Made by a program: the position numbers and the translations under genes. From Candidatus Binatia bacterium (GTDB lineage Bacteria; Desulfobacterota; Binatia; Bin18): a stretch of DNA of 64,000 nucleotides. This document shows positions 30,326 to 40,538 of this stretch, in pieces (the first letter of the stretch is position 1; every line of letters starts with the position of its first letter). The notes under the pieces were generated by a model that saw only the letters and a program-made list of their open reading frames with translations, was not told the origin of the DNA and did no database searches. The stretch lies in NCBI GenBank assembly GCA_963664395.2, contig OY761159.2, forward strand, positions 3,200,001 to 3,264,000, in the 5' to 3' direction.

Positions 30326-32572
30326 ATGAATAACCCTGGTATGAAATTCCATCGAAGTCGGCGTGAAGGGGTGCTGCCTTGGGTGGTGCTGCTGTGGGCC
30401 ATGCTGCTGCCGTCTCTCGTGCTCGCTCAGCCGCAGCATACGCTCGAAGATATTACCGTCACCGCTCGCAAGCAGGAGCAACGCGCGTTCGATGTGCCGC
30501 TGTCGCTGTCCGTGCTCCAGGGCGAGGGGCTCGACCGGCTGCGCTCGTCGGGCATGGATGTGCGCTTTCTGTCCAACCGCGTGCCCAGCCTGCAAGCCGA
30601 GTCGTCCTTTGGGCGCTTCTTTCCCCGATTCTACATACGCGGCTTGGGCAATACCGACTTTGATATGAATGCGTCCCAGCCGGTCTCGGTGATGTACGAC
30701 GGGATTGTGTTGGAAAACGCCCAACTCAAGAGTACCCCCGTTTTTGATGTCGAGCGTATCGAGGTGTTGCGCGGGCCGCAGGGTACGCTCTTCGGGCGGA
30801 ATACCACCGCCGGCGTCATCAAGATCGAGTCGGCCCGTCCGACCTGGGACTGGGAGGGCTATGGCCGGTTGTCCTACGGTCGCTTCAACAGCGTGAATTT
30901 TGAGGCGGCGCTGTCCGGGCCGCTGATCCCGTCCGTACTGGCGGCGCGGGCCTCAGTGCTGGTACAGCGTCGGGGCGACTGGATAGACAACACCTACACT
31001 GGTGAGGACGACGCCCTGGGCGGCTATCGTGATGTGGCCGGACGGCTTCAGTTTTTATTGACGCCGTCCGAGAATCTGTCCGGGCGGTTCAAGGTGCATA
31101 TTCGCGACTTCGACGGCACGCCCCGCCTCTTCCGGGCGAATGTGATTAAGCCGGGCCATGCCGACTTGGTTCCGGGCTTCCGACGCGACAAAATCGCCCA
31201 TGACGCTGACAGTGACGCAGGGGTGCGCGGCCACGGCTTCGCCTCCGAATTGCACTACACGCTTGGGCCTGTCCAGTTGATCTCGCTGACTGGTGGGGAA
31301 TGGCTCGACAGCTTCGCAAGCGGGGATATCGACGGTGGCTATGGTGCGGTCTGGAGTCCGCCCAGCGGGCCGGGCCTGATTCCGTTTCCAGCCGAGACCA
31401 AGGACGGGATACCGGCTCTGCGTCAATTAAGCCAGGAGTTTCGTCTGGAACACACGGCCTGGCAGCGCCTGGACTGGCGGGTGGGTGTCTTCTATTTCCA
31501 CGAGGAACTCGACATGTTCGGCCTCAACTACGACACCCTGGCCGGGAATGTGGTGAATGGCCGTATCCGCCATGAGCAACGTACAGAGGCGTGGGCCGTG
31601 TTTGCCGCGGCGACGCTGAGCGTCACCGACACTCTCGAAGTCGCCGCCGGTGTGCGCGTCTCTGAGGACGACAAGGAGTACCGTATTGAACGTCTGCGGT
31701 CGCCTATTGGTGCCGGCCCGCTTGGCCCGCTCCACCAGGCCCCCCGCGACCTGGTGCCGAGTTGGGACCTGAGCCTGCGCTACCGGCTGCGGCCCGGTGT
31801 CCAGCCCTATGTGCGCGTTGCCAGCAGCTTTCGCGCGCCCAGCATTCAGGGCCGGTTGCTGTTCAGCGACGAGGTGACGGTGGCCGACACGGAAGACATC
31901 ATCTCGGTCGAGGTCGGCCTGAAGCTGCGGCTGTGGCAGCAGCGGCTCCACCTTGATCTGGCGGCGTATCATTTCTGGATGCACGACCAACAACTCACCG
32001 CGGTCGGCGGCGACAGCAATGTCGCCCGTCTGGTGAATGCCGACCGCACTATCGGACGAGGGGCTGAGGCCGAACTTGCATTGGCACTGACCCGCGGCCT
32101 GCGCTTCACCGCCAGCGCCAGCTACAATTATACGCGGCTCGATGACCCTGGCCTGTTCATCCCTCCGTGCGGCTCGGGTTGTACGGTGACTGACTCGCCC
32201 GGCCCGGTTCCGGGTACGGTCTCCGTTGATGGCAACCGCCTGCCCCAGGCTCCTCGCTGGATCGTGAATGTTGGCCTACACTACACCCGGGTGTTTGCCG
32301 GCGGCTCCGCCCTGGTCATGTCCACCGATTGGGCCTACCGCAGCCGTATCAATTTTTTTCTGTACGAATCGCGCGAGTATCGTGACAACCACCTGCTTGA
32401 AGGCGGGACCCGTGTGGCCTGGGTGTCGCCCGGTGGAGGGCTGGAGGTCGCGGCCTTTGGGCGCAACATTCTGAACGACACCTCCCCTGCCGGCGGCATC
32501 GACTTCAACAACCTGACCGCCTACGTCAACGAGCCGTCCTATTGGGGCGTTGAAGCGATCGTGCGTTTCTGA
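30326..32572 (+). CDS. TonB-dependent receptor (paralog 1)
   Basis: Signal peptide, DITVTARK TonB box, ERIEVLRGPQGTLFGRN plug motif, C-terminal F; start could be 30341. Confidence 0.92.
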   Translation: MNNPGMKFHRSRREGVLPWVVLLWAMLLPSLVLAQPQHTLEDITVTARKQEQRAFDVPLSLSVLQGEGLDRLRSSGMDVRFLSNRVPSLQAESSFGRFFPRFYIRGLGNTDFDMNASQPVSVMYDGIVLENAQLKSTPVFDVERIEVLRGPQGTLFGRNTTAGVIKIESARPTWDWEGYGRLSYGRFNSVNFEAALSGPLIPSVLAARASVLVQRRGDWIDNTYTGEDDALGGYRDVAGRLQFLLTPSENLSGRFKVHIRDFDGTPRLFRANVIKPGHADLVPGFRRDKIAHDADSDAGVRGHGFASELHYTLGPVQLISLTGGEWLDSFASGDIDGGYGAVWSPPSGPGLIPFPAETKDGIPALRQLSQEFRLEHTAWQRLDWRVGVFYFHEELDMFGLNYDTLAGNVVNGRIRHEQRTEAWAVFAAATLSVTDTLEVAAGVRVSEDDKEYRIERLRSPIGAGPLGPLHQAPRDLVPSWDLSLRYRLRPGVQPYVRVASSFRAPSIQGRLLFSDEVTVADTEDIISVEVGLKLRLWQQRLHLDLAAYHFWMHDQQLTAVGGDSNVARLVNADRTIGRGAEAELALALTRGLRFTASASYNYTRLDDPGLFIPPCGSGCTVTDSPGPVPGTVSVDGNRLPQAPRWIVNVGLHYTRVFAGGSALVMSTDWAYRSRINFFLYESREYRDNHLLEGGTRVAWVSPGGGLEVAAFGRNILNDTSPAGGIDFNNLTAYVNEPSYWGVEAIVRF

Positions 32573-32621
32573 CGGGCGGTATGACTCGGACCGGAGCCAC
32601 GACACCGTGGAGGAGAAGAAG

Positions 32622-34922
32622 ATGCCGCCGTGCGACTCTACCCGACGCCTCGCGTCACTGCTGACCAGACCAGCGGTGACAGACTGCACGTGCAACGCCT
32701 CCCGGACGGGCGTGCGCTGGCTTGGCGGGTGGATCGTGCTGCTGTGGGTCGTGCTGCTGCCGTCTCTCGTGACCGCTCAGCCGCAGCACGCGCTCGACGA
32801 TATTACCGTCACCGCCCGTAAGCAGGAGCAACGCGCGTTCGATGTGCCGCTGTCGCTGTCCGTGCTCCAGGGCGAGGGGCTCGACCGGCTGCGCGCCTCG
32901 GGCATGGATGTCCGTTTTCTGACCAACCGGACGCCCAGCCTCCAGGTCATGTCGGGCTTCGGACGCATCTATCCATATTTCTTTATTCGCGGTCTGGGCA
33001 ATACGGACTTCGACATGAATGCCTCCCAGCCGGTGTCGGTCATGCACGACGGCATCGTGCTGGAAAATCCGTGGCTCAAGGGACATCCCATCTTTGATGT
33101 CGAGCGGGTCGAGGTGCTGCGCGGGCCGCAGGGCACGCTGTTTGGGCGGAATACGCCGGCCGGTATCGTGAAGGTCGAATCGGCCCGGCCGACCTGGGAT
33201 GTCGAAGGCTACGGCCGGCTATCTTACGGTCGCTTCAACAGCGTCAATTTCGAGGGGGCGCTGTCCGGCCCGCTGATTCCGTCCGTCCTGGCGGCGCGCG
33301 CTTCTCTGCTGGTACAGCGCCGGAGCGACTGGATAGACAATACCTATACCGGCAAGAACAACGCCCTGGGCGGCTACGATGATATTGCCGGGCGCGTCCA
33401 GTTTGTATGGACACCGGGGGGGAATTTTTCCGGGCGGTTCAAGGTTCACGTCCGGGACTTTGACGGCAATGCACGGGTCTTCCGGGCGAATATACTCAGG
33501 CCGGGCCGGACTGGCTTACGCTCGGGTTTACGGCGCGACAAAACTGCTCAGGACGCTGGCAATCCGCAGTACCTGGCGAGCCACGGATTCGCCACCGAGC
33601 TGCACTATACGCTGGGTGAGTTCCGTCTGATCTCGCTGACCGGTGGAGACTGGCTGGACGGCAGATCGCGTGGCGACGTGGACGGTGGCTTTGGCGCGGT
33701 CTGGAGTCCGCCCAGCGGACCGGGTCTGATTCCGTTTCCAACCGAGACGGCCGACGGCCTCTCGGCTCTGCGCCAGTTGAGCCAGGAATTCCGCCTGGAA
33801 CACACGGCCTGGCAGCGCCTGGACTGGCGGGTGGGCTTCTTCTATTTCCACGAGGAACTCGACATCGAGGGCTTCAGCTACGACACCCTGGCCGGGAGTG
33901 TACAGAATGGCCGCATTCGCCAGGATCAACGCACCGAAGCCTGGGCGGTGTTTGCCGCCGCTACCTTCACCCTGACCGAGAACATCGAAATCGCCGCAGG
34001 CGTGCGCGTCTCCGAGGACGACAAGGAGTACGCGAGCGAGCGTCTTCAGTCGCCCATCGGCGCCGGTCCGCTCGGCCCGATCCGCAGGGCTCCCCGTGAC
34101 TTGGTGCCGAGCTGGGACCTGAGCCTGCGTTACCAGGTGACGCCTGGCGTTCAGCCTTATGTGCGGGTGGCCAGCAGCTTTCGGGCGCCCAGCATCCAGG
34201 GCCGGTTGCTGTTCGGAGACGAGGTAACCGTGGCCGACACCGAGGACGTCATATCGGTCGAGGTCGGCCTGAAGCTGCGCCTGTGGCAGCAGCGGCTCCA
34301 TCTGGACCTGGCGGCCTATCACTTCTGGATGCACGATCAACAGCTCACCGCGGGGAGTGGTGTGGACAACGCCAACCGGCTGCTGAACGCCGACCGCACC
34401 CTCGGACGGGGCATCGAGGCGGAGGGGGCGCTGGCCCTGGGCTATGGCCTGCACCTGACGGCCGGCCTGAGTTATAACTACACCCGGCTCGACGATCCTG
34501 GTCTGTTCGTTCAGCCGTGCGGCTCGGGCTGTACGGTCCTTGACCCGCCCGGCCCGGTTCCGGGTACGGTCTCCATTGACGGCAACCGTTTGCCTCAGGC
34601 TCCTCGCTGGATCGCCAACCTGAACCTGAGCTATACGCGCGTATTACCCGGCGGCGCGGCGCTGATCCTTGCGACCGACTGGGCGTATCGCAGTCGCATC
34701 AACTTTTTTCTGTACGAGTCGCGCGAGTTCCGCGACAATCAGCTGCTTGAGGGCGGCCTGCGCCTGTCCTGGCTGTCGGCCTCGGGCGGTCTGGAAGTGG
34801 CCGCCTTTGGCCGCAACATCCTGAACGACCTCTCGCCCACCGGCGGTCTCGACTTCAACAATCTGGCCGGCTTCGTCAACGAGCCGCCGGTGTGGGGTAT
34901 CGAGGCGGCGGTGCGTTTGTGA
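32622..34922 (+). CDS. TonB-dependent receptor (paralog 2)
   Basis: Same architecture and strongly similar to paralog 1; GGAGGAG RBS before ATG 32622. Confidence 0.92.
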   Translation: MPPCDSTRRLASLLTRPAVTDCTCNASRTGVRWLGGWIVLLWVVLLPSLVTAQPQHALDDITVTARKQEQRAFDVPLSLSVLQGEGLDRLRASGMDVRFLTNRTPSLQVMSGFGRIYPYFFIRGLGNTDFDMNASQPVSVMHDGIVLENPWLKGHPIFDVERVEVLRGPQGTLFGRNTPAGIVKVESARPTWDVEGYGRLSYGRFNSVNFEGALSGPLIPSVLAARASLLVQRRSDWIDNTYTGKNNALGGYDDIAGRVQFVWTPGGNFSGRFKVHVRDFDGNARVFRANILRPGRTGLRSGLRRDKTAQDAGNPQYLASHGFATELHYTLGEFRLISLTGGDWLDGRSRGDVDGGFGAVWSPPSGPGLIPFPTETADGLSALRQLSQEFRLEHTAWQRLDWRVGFFYFHEELDIEGFSYDTLAGSVQNGRIRQDQRTEAWAVFAAATFTLTENIEIAAGVRVSEDDKEYASERLQSPIGAGPLGPIRRAPRDLVPSWDLSLRYQVTPGVQPYVRVASSFRAPSIQGRLLFGDEVTVADTEDVISVEVGLKLRLWQQRLHLDLAAYHFWMHDQQLTAGSGVDNANRLLNADRTLGRGIEAEGALALGYGLHLTAGLSYNYTRLDDPGLFVQPCGSGCTVLDPPGPVPGTVSIDGNRLPQAPRWIANLNLSYTRVLPGGAALILATDWAYRSRINFFLYESREFRDNQLLEGGLRLSWLSASGGLEVAAFGRNILNDLSPTGGLDFNNLAGFVNEPPVWGIEAAVRL

Positions 34923-35010
34923 CGAGAGGTCAGACCTGGCTCTTGCGGTGTTGCCAAACGGTCCGGGCTCAGGCAAAACGAAGAGTATCTTACGGAAAAG
35001 GAGACAGGGC

Positions 35011-35292
35011 ATGATCTCATTGATTGCAAAGCTGACGATTCAAGAGGGCAAGGAGCAGGATTTTATTGACGCCATGAAGGACGTGGTTCCGGCGGTGCGT
35101 GATGAGCCTGGCAATAACGCCTATATTATGAATCGTTCAAAAGAAAATCCGAGCATGTTTGTGTTCTACGAAGAGTATACCGATCAGGCCGCTTTTGATG
35201 CCCATCGCAAACATCTGGGCGAACTCGGGGTTGACCTGGGGGCCATCCTTGCCGGCGCACCAACGCTCGAATTCTATGAGAAGGTCTACTAA
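35011..35292 (+). CDS. ABM/putative quinol monooxygenase
   Basis: RDEPGN..Y..FVFYEEYTDQAAFDAH. Confidence 0.85.
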   Translation: MISLIAKLTIQEGKEQDFIDAMKDVVPAVRDEPGNNAYIMNRSKENPSMFVFYEEYTDQAAFDAHRKHLGELGVDLGAILAGAPTLEFYEKVY

Positions 35293-35344
35293 GGCGCGTT
35301 CTCCATCGGAGTAGCGTACCTATTGAGAAGGGGCACGGCAGATC

Positions 35345-36121
35345 GTGTCCCTTTTTTCGTTTGCTGGTATGAGTCGTGAATATTTCCTCATCCTGTGCGC
35401 TCTTGTCGGCCTGTCAATCCTGGCCTGGATTGTCGCGGTGCAGCATATGGGCGGGATGGGATATGCGTTGGTGACGGGCAGCATGACCATGGGCATGCCC
35501 TTCTCTGTCACGCATATGCTGCTGTATATCGTCCTGTGGGGAGTCATGATGGTGGCCATGATGTTTCCTGCCATTGTCCCGGTTGCCGGGATATTTGCCA
35601 CCATGGCCAGACAAAGACGGGAACAACAGCTTCCGTCTACGCCGGTCTGGGTGTTTGTGTCGGGCTATGCGCTGCTGTGGACGCTCACGGGCAGCGTTGG
35701 CTATGCCGCGGACTTGACGATGCAGACCTTACCGGCTCGCTTTCCCATGCTGAAGACCTACAATATGCTCATCAGCGGCGCATTGCTGATTGTTGCGGGC
35801 CTCTATCAACTGACTCCACTCAAAGACCGCTGCTTAGCGCACTGCCGCTCGCCTTTTGCGTTTCTGATGGCACACTGGCGCGACGGATATGGAGGCGCCT
35901 TTCAGATGGGTGTGGCTCATGGGCTGTATTGCCTCGCCTGTTGCTGGAGCCTGATGATGGTCATGTTTATCATGGGGACGATGAATCTGGTGTGGATGGG
36001 GTTTTTGGCCATTGCCATCTTTTTTGAAAAGAGCTTGCCCGCGGGTCCGACGTTCGGACGTGGGGTCGGGACTGCTTTGATTGTGCTGGGTATTGCGTTG
36101 AGTACAGGAATGCTTGTGTAG
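35345..36121 (+). CDS. DUF2182 family predicted metal-binding membrane protein
   Basis: MMVAMMFP, YQLTPLKDRCLAHCRSP, GLYCLACCWSLM, MNLVWM. Confidence 0.85.
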   Translation: MSLFSFAGMSREYFLILCALVGLSILAWIVAVQHMGGMGYALVTGSMTMGMPFSVTHMLLYIVLWGVMMVAMMFPAIVPVAGIFATMARQRREQQLPSTPVWVFVSGYALLWTLTGSVGYAADLTMQTLPARFPMLKTYNMLISGALLIVAGLYQLTPLKDRCLAHCRSPFAFLMAHWRDGYGGAFQMGVAHGLYCLACCWSLMMVMFIMGTMNLVWMGFLAIAIFFEKSLPAGPTFGRGVGTALIVLGIALSTGMLV

Positions 36122-36160
36122 TGTTGAGATGAAAAGCCACACCAAGAATGAGGGACTCGC

Positions 36161-36616
36161 ATGATGCTCGAAATTGACCCGCAGGCGAAACAGGGTGTCC
36201 AACTCGGTCCGGTGACGGTGACCGCCAAGGATATTCAATCCTTCGCCGAGGCGATGGGCGATCTGAACCCACTGTATACGGACGTTGAGGCGGCGCGCGC
36301 CGCGGGCTATCCGGATGTCATTGCCCCCCCAATGTTTTGTATGCGAATGCGCGGCGGTACAATGCTCCCCGAGGTGCCGCTCCCGTCCGGCTTGATGAGT
36401 CTGCACGCGGGACAGGAAATCGAATTTCACGCCGAGATTATTGCCGGGCAAACCTATACCATTACCTCACGTGTGGCCGATGTGTATGAAAAAACAGGTC
36501 GGAGCGGCCCCATGGAGATCATTGTTCGGGAGTCGACGATTACGGACACCGAGGGGCGAACTATCGTGACGATCCGCGAGCGACAAATCGTGCGCTCACC
36601 GGAAAAGAAAATCTAG
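36161..36616 (+). CDS. MaoC-like hot-dog fold protein
   Basis: FAEAMGDLNPLY, IAPPMF, LHAGQEIEF, YEKTGRSG. Confidence 0.85.
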   Translation: MMLEIDPQAKQGVQLGPVTVTAKDIQSFAEAMGDLNPLYTDVEAARAAGYPDVIAPPMFCMRMRGGTMLPEVPLPSGLMSLHAGQEIEFHAEIIAGQTYTITSRVADVYEKTGRSGPMEIIVRESTITDTEGRTIVTIRERQIVRSPEKKI

Positions 36617-36619
36617 CCA

Positions 36620-37594
36620 ATGCGTATCAGTTTAGACCCCTGGGGCGGCGATTACGGCAGCCAGATTTCGACATCACAAGCGGTCGATGAGGAGCAGCTC
36701 TCCGCCCAAGTGACAGGTCAGCAGGTTGAGGCCGGTGCGTGGCAGCCCCGGACACCGACCCCTGAGAATATGCCGAACATGACCGTGGTGATTGACGGCG
36801 TCATGCGGGTTGATGCACCCGCGGTCCTGAGTGACGCCGAATCCCGCTTCCTGGCGCTGTTCGGATCGTATGCAGCCGGGGCGGTTGTCATCGATCGCCG
36901 CGTCGAGATTATCGAAGAACAGCTCGACCGCCTTTTTATTGTCGGCGGGAAGCAATCCGGACCGGATGTGACGGTTGCGGCAGGGACGGGTGGAAAGATT
37001 CCGATGCGCTACCGGAGTGTCAGTGCCTCAGACCCGGCGCCGGACGCGTTACGCGAAAGCCTGATGACCCAGATGCGACAGGCGGAGATCGATGTGGCGC
37101 GAAAACTGTCAGGTGATGAACGTCTCATTCTTGCGGACGGCAATTTAACTTTTTTGAGTGACAGCTCCTCAGTCGTTGGGGTCATCAAGACTATTCAACG
37201 TATGTATCTCGCACCTCAGGAAGCAAAAATTTTAGAACGGCTCCAGCCGGGGGAACGGACGCCGTTGTTTCAGTTTTCCGGCAGCAGCAAACGCAGGAGT
37301 TTTGAAGTGTTCACCTGTTATCTGCGCCTGGTGAACCCCCGCCCGATTGAGCATCCCTTTACCGGCATGGTGCGTCTGGAAGTGAAAGCCGGGCTGGGTA
37401 TTCAGAAGGCGGTCTCCCTGTTGGATCAAGCTGCCAGTGCCGTGTCGGCTTTAGCCTCGCGGGCGCCAAAAGACCCCCGCGCGCCACAAAACTTAATTCC
37501 CATTGGTGGATTGGAGCGACGCTTGCGGCATCGCCTCGGCGACCCCAAGCTGGTACGTCGCTGTATTGAGAAAGCCTTATTGAATCAGATATAG
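36620..37594 (+). CDS. nurA: NurA-like DNA double-strand break repair nuclease
   Basis: LDPWG, IDGVMR, ADG, GVIKT, GERTP, DPRAPQNLIPIGGLERRLR; directly upstream of herA. Confidence 0.78.
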   Translation: MRISLDPWGGDYGSQISTSQAVDEEQLSAQVTGQQVEAGAWQPRTPTPENMPNMTVVIDGVMRVDAPAVLSDAESRFLALFGSYAAGAVVIDRRVEIIEEQLDRLFIVGGKQSGPDVTVAAGTGGKIPMRYRSVSASDPAPDALRESLMTQMRQAEIDVARKLSGDERLILADGNLTFLSDSSSVVGVIKTIQRMYLAPQEAKILERLQPGERTPLFQFSGSSKRRSFEVFTCYLRLVNPRPIEHPFTGMVRLEVKAGLGIQKAVSLLDQAASAVSALASRAPKDPRAPQNLIPIGGLERRLRHRLGDPKLVRRCIEKALLNQI

Positions 37595-37613
37595 CCGAAC
37601 CAAAGGAGGCTGC

Positions 37614-39305
37614 ATGGGCAGAGTTATCGGGACGCAGGATGCTACTCCGCTCGAATTCTGGGTCTTGCTTGACCCCGGCGAGGCCGTTCAGGTCGATGAC
37701 GCCATCGTGGTTGAAACCGCAGCGCCCAACGGGCCGCTCAAGCTATTCGGCATGGTCGATATCGTGCGCTCGCGTCATCAAGGCTCAACGTTTGACTCTG
37801 ACGTGGTTGAGGCCGAACGCGGCCTGCCGGTCGAACTCTCCATTGCCGCGCATGTCAGAGTGACCCGTTTGATGCCGGAGTATTATTATCCGCCGATGCC
37901 GGGCGACACGGTCCGCGTGGTCACTGGTGAGGAATTTGCCCAAGCCCTGTTCATGGACACGATGGTGCACAAGTTTCCGATTGGCCTCTCTCTGTCCGGC
38001 AAAGAGGTCGTGTACGGCAACCTTGACTTTCTGAATGGGCGCAAGGGTGCGCATATGAATATCAGCGGTGTGTCCGGCATTGCGACCAAGACCACGTATG
38101 CGACGTTCTTGCTGCACAGCTTGCTGCACTGCGGGCAGCTGACGGATGCGAAAAATACGCATGCCATTGTTTTCAATGTCAAAGGCGAAGACCTCTTATT
38201 TCTGGACAAAGCCAGTAACGCCATTGCTCTCGAAGACGAAGCCCTCTACGGGCAACTGGGCTTGCCGGCGGAGCCGTTTGATTCGGTCCAATTCTATGTC
38301 CCGCCGACAGAAAACGCGCGCGGACCGATCATGCCCAAGGTCAGCTCTCGCAAGGCAGACGAAGTCACGCCTTATTTTTGGACCGTGCGTGATTTCTGTC
38401 GGCAGCGCTTGCTGCGCTATCTGTTCTCTGAGGGAGGGGAGGATGCCTCGCTGCTCTCAACGTTGATCTACCAAGTCGAGCGCAAGCTTATTGAAGCGGC
38501 TGAAGACGCGGACAAAGACGGTCCCGGTCCAGGAGTGTTTCTGCAATTTGGCAAAGAAGACGCAGAGGCGGCTGGCAGCCCTCCGACCGAGATTCGCGAT
38601 TTCCCGACGTTGCTTCGGGCGATGGAAGCTCTGGCGAGTTCGACCAACCATTCGACCGGCACGGTTGGCGCGTTCATGCGCCGTCTGTACGGTGCGGAGG
38701 ATAAGGTCTCGTATATTGTCCGCGACCCGGTAGACTCCGATGCCACCCAACACACCATCAATTGGCGCAACAAACAAGTGACCGTGGTCAGTCTGAATGG
38801 GCTTTACGAGGTGGGCAAGAGCTTTGTGGTCGGCTCGGTGTTGCAACAGATTCAGGAAGAAAAAGAGGCGACCGGGTCGGCCGAACCCCTGTGCTTTATC
38901 GTCGTGGATGAGCTCAACCGCTATGCTCCGCGCGATGGCTGGTCACCTATTCGAGAACGGCTGCTTGAAATCGCCGAGCGCGGACGTTCCAGTGGGACGA
39001 TTCTGATCGGCGCGCAACAAACCGCATCCGAGGTGGAGCGCCGTATTGTCGCCAATCCCGCTTTTAGGATTGTCGGTCGGCTGGATGCCGCTGAAGCCGA
39101 ACGGGCTGAGTACGGTTTTTTACCTCCAACCTTGCGCAAGCGGGCTGCCATTCTCACCTCCGGGCGGATGATCGTGTCTCAGCCTGACATCCCAACCCCG
39201 GTCCCGATTCTATTTCCTATGCCAGCCTGGGCGACCCGGGCGGATGAACAGAAACTGCCGCCCCCTAATTTGAAGCTGTCCCGAATCAGGGAAAGTGAGT
39301 ATTAG
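37614..39305 (+). CDS. herA: HerA-family ATPase/helicase
   Basis: N-terminal HAS barrel-like region, HMNISGVSGIATKT (variant Walker A), FNVKGEDL, VVDELN, ERGRS, GAQQ. Confidence 0.85.
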   Translation: MGRVIGTQDATPLEFWVLLDPGEAVQVDDAIVVETAAPNGPLKLFGMVDIVRSRHQGSTFDSDVVEAERGLPVELSIAAHVRVTRLMPEYYYPPMPGDTVRVVTGEEFAQALFMDTMVHKFPIGLSLSGKEVVYGNLDFLNGRKGAHMNISGVSGIATKTTYATFLLHSLLHCGQLTDAKNTHAIVFNVKGEDLLFLDKASNAIALEDEALYGQLGLPAEPFDSVQFYVPPTENARGPIMPKVSSRKADEVTPYFWTVRDFCRQRLLRYLFSEGGEDASLLSTLIYQVERKLIEAAEDADKDGPGPGVFLQFGKEDAEAAGSPPTEIRDFPTLLRAMEALASSTNHSTGTVGAFMRRLYGAEDKVSYIVRDPVDSDATQHTINWRNKQVTVVSLNGLYEVGKSFVVGSVLQQIQEEKEATGSAEPLCFIVVDELNRYAPRDGWSPIRERLLEIAERGRSSGTILIGAQQTASEVERRIVANPAFRIVGRLDAAEAERAEYGFLPPTLRKRAAILTSGRMIVSQPDIPTPVPILFPMPAWATRADEQKLPPPNLKLSRIRESEY

Positions 39306-39319
39306 GAAACGATACGGAC

Positions 39320-40498
39320 ATGAAGTTTCTCCACACCTCAGATTGGCATGTGGGCCGGACTATCCGCAATCGTTCTCGCATGGACGAGCACCGGGCTGTG
39401 TTCGCTGAGATCGTTGAGATTGCCAAGCGCGAACAGGTCGATGCGGTTCTCGTCACTGGAGACGTTTTTCACGAGCGGCGTCCGCCTCTTGCTGCGGAGG
39501 AACTGGTGGCGCGCACACTGGCGCAACTCGCCCGCGAAAACATCGTATCCGTCGTCATTCCCGGCAATCATGACGACGCTGCCCGGCTGCGTACCTTGAA
39601 ACCCATGGGTGATTTGCTCCAGGTGCATATGATGACGGATGTGAGTGAAGACCCCTCGGATCTCATTGTTGCCATTCCCCAGCGGACTGGAGGGGAGCAG
39701 GCGCTGGTGGGTTGTTTGCCCTACCTGCATCCCCACCAAGTCCTGCCCGCGGCCGCAGGGACCGACAAAAGTGAGAATAAACGCCTGAGTATCTATCAGG
39801 ATAAGGTGCAGGAGTATCTGCGTGCCTTGGAAGAATCGATGCGACGGATGGATAGCAATGCGGTGTCCGTCGTGCTGGCCCATGCTCATATTTCAGGCAC
39901 GGAGTTTGGTGGGGGTGAATGGCGCTCAAGTGTATTCCCTGTCAGTCCTGGGATTTTACCCAGTCAGGTGCACTATGTGGCTCTGGGGCATATGCATCAG
40001 CCCCAAAAAGTGTCCGGGACACAGGCGCAGACGCGCTATGCCGGATCGATCCTGCAAATGGACTTTGGCGAGCGGGGCCAACAAAAAAGTGTGTGTCTCA
40101 TTGAGGCGCATCCGGGGAAACCCGCGGAAGTCTCGCCGATTGAGCTGACCACAGGAAAAGCGCTGCTGCGCCGGACGGGAACAGCCGAGGAGATACTGTC
40201 GCAGGCGGAAGAATTCACCAATGCCTGGGTTGAAGTCGTCTTACAGCCGGCGGGCCAAACGTCCGAGCTGATCGAACGCATACGGGCTTTGCCTGAGGTT
40301 GTGTCGCTTCGGTTCGAAGACACGCAAACGAGAGGCTCGGTAAGCGGAGCGGTACACAACCCGAGTGAGCGACCCGCGGCAGAGCTTTTTACCGACTATT
40401 ACAAGTCAAAACGTGGCGCGGAGCCCGAGCCTCAACTCGTGGCCCTGTTTGAGCGACTGTATCAGGAGGTCAGCACCGCGCGGGACGAGCCGGTATAA
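39320..40498 (+). CDS. sbcD: SbcD/Mre11 nuclease
   Basis: HTSDWHVG, GDVF, GNHD, LAH, LGHMH, YAGS. Confidence 0.92.
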   Translation: MKFLHTSDWHVGRTIRNRSRMDEHRAVFAEIVEIAKREQVDAVLVTGDVFHERRPPLAAEELVARTLAQLARENIVSVVIPGNHDDAARLRTLKPMGDLLQVHMMTDVSEDPSDLIVAIPQRTGGEQALVGCLPYLHPHQVLPAAAGTDKSENKRLSIYQDKVQEYLRALEESMRRMDSNAVSVVLAHAHISGTEFGGGEWRSSVFPVSPGILPSQVHYVALGHMHQPQKVSGTQAQTRYAGSILQMDFGERGQQKSVCLIEAHPGKPAEVSPIELTTGKALLRRTGTAEEILSQAEEFTNAWVEVVLQPAGQTSELIERIRALPEVVSLRFEDTQTRGSVSGAVHNPSERPAAELFTDYYKSKRGAEPEPQLVALFERLYQEVSTARDEPV

Positions 40499-40538
40499 GT
40501 GCAGGCCAACCCCGAACCCCCAATCCCCTATCAAAGTC

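Noticed and set aside
40365-40538. Extended sbcC start overlapping sbcD
   Set aside because: The typical SbcC N-terminus MRPQKLSLKNF starts at 40539
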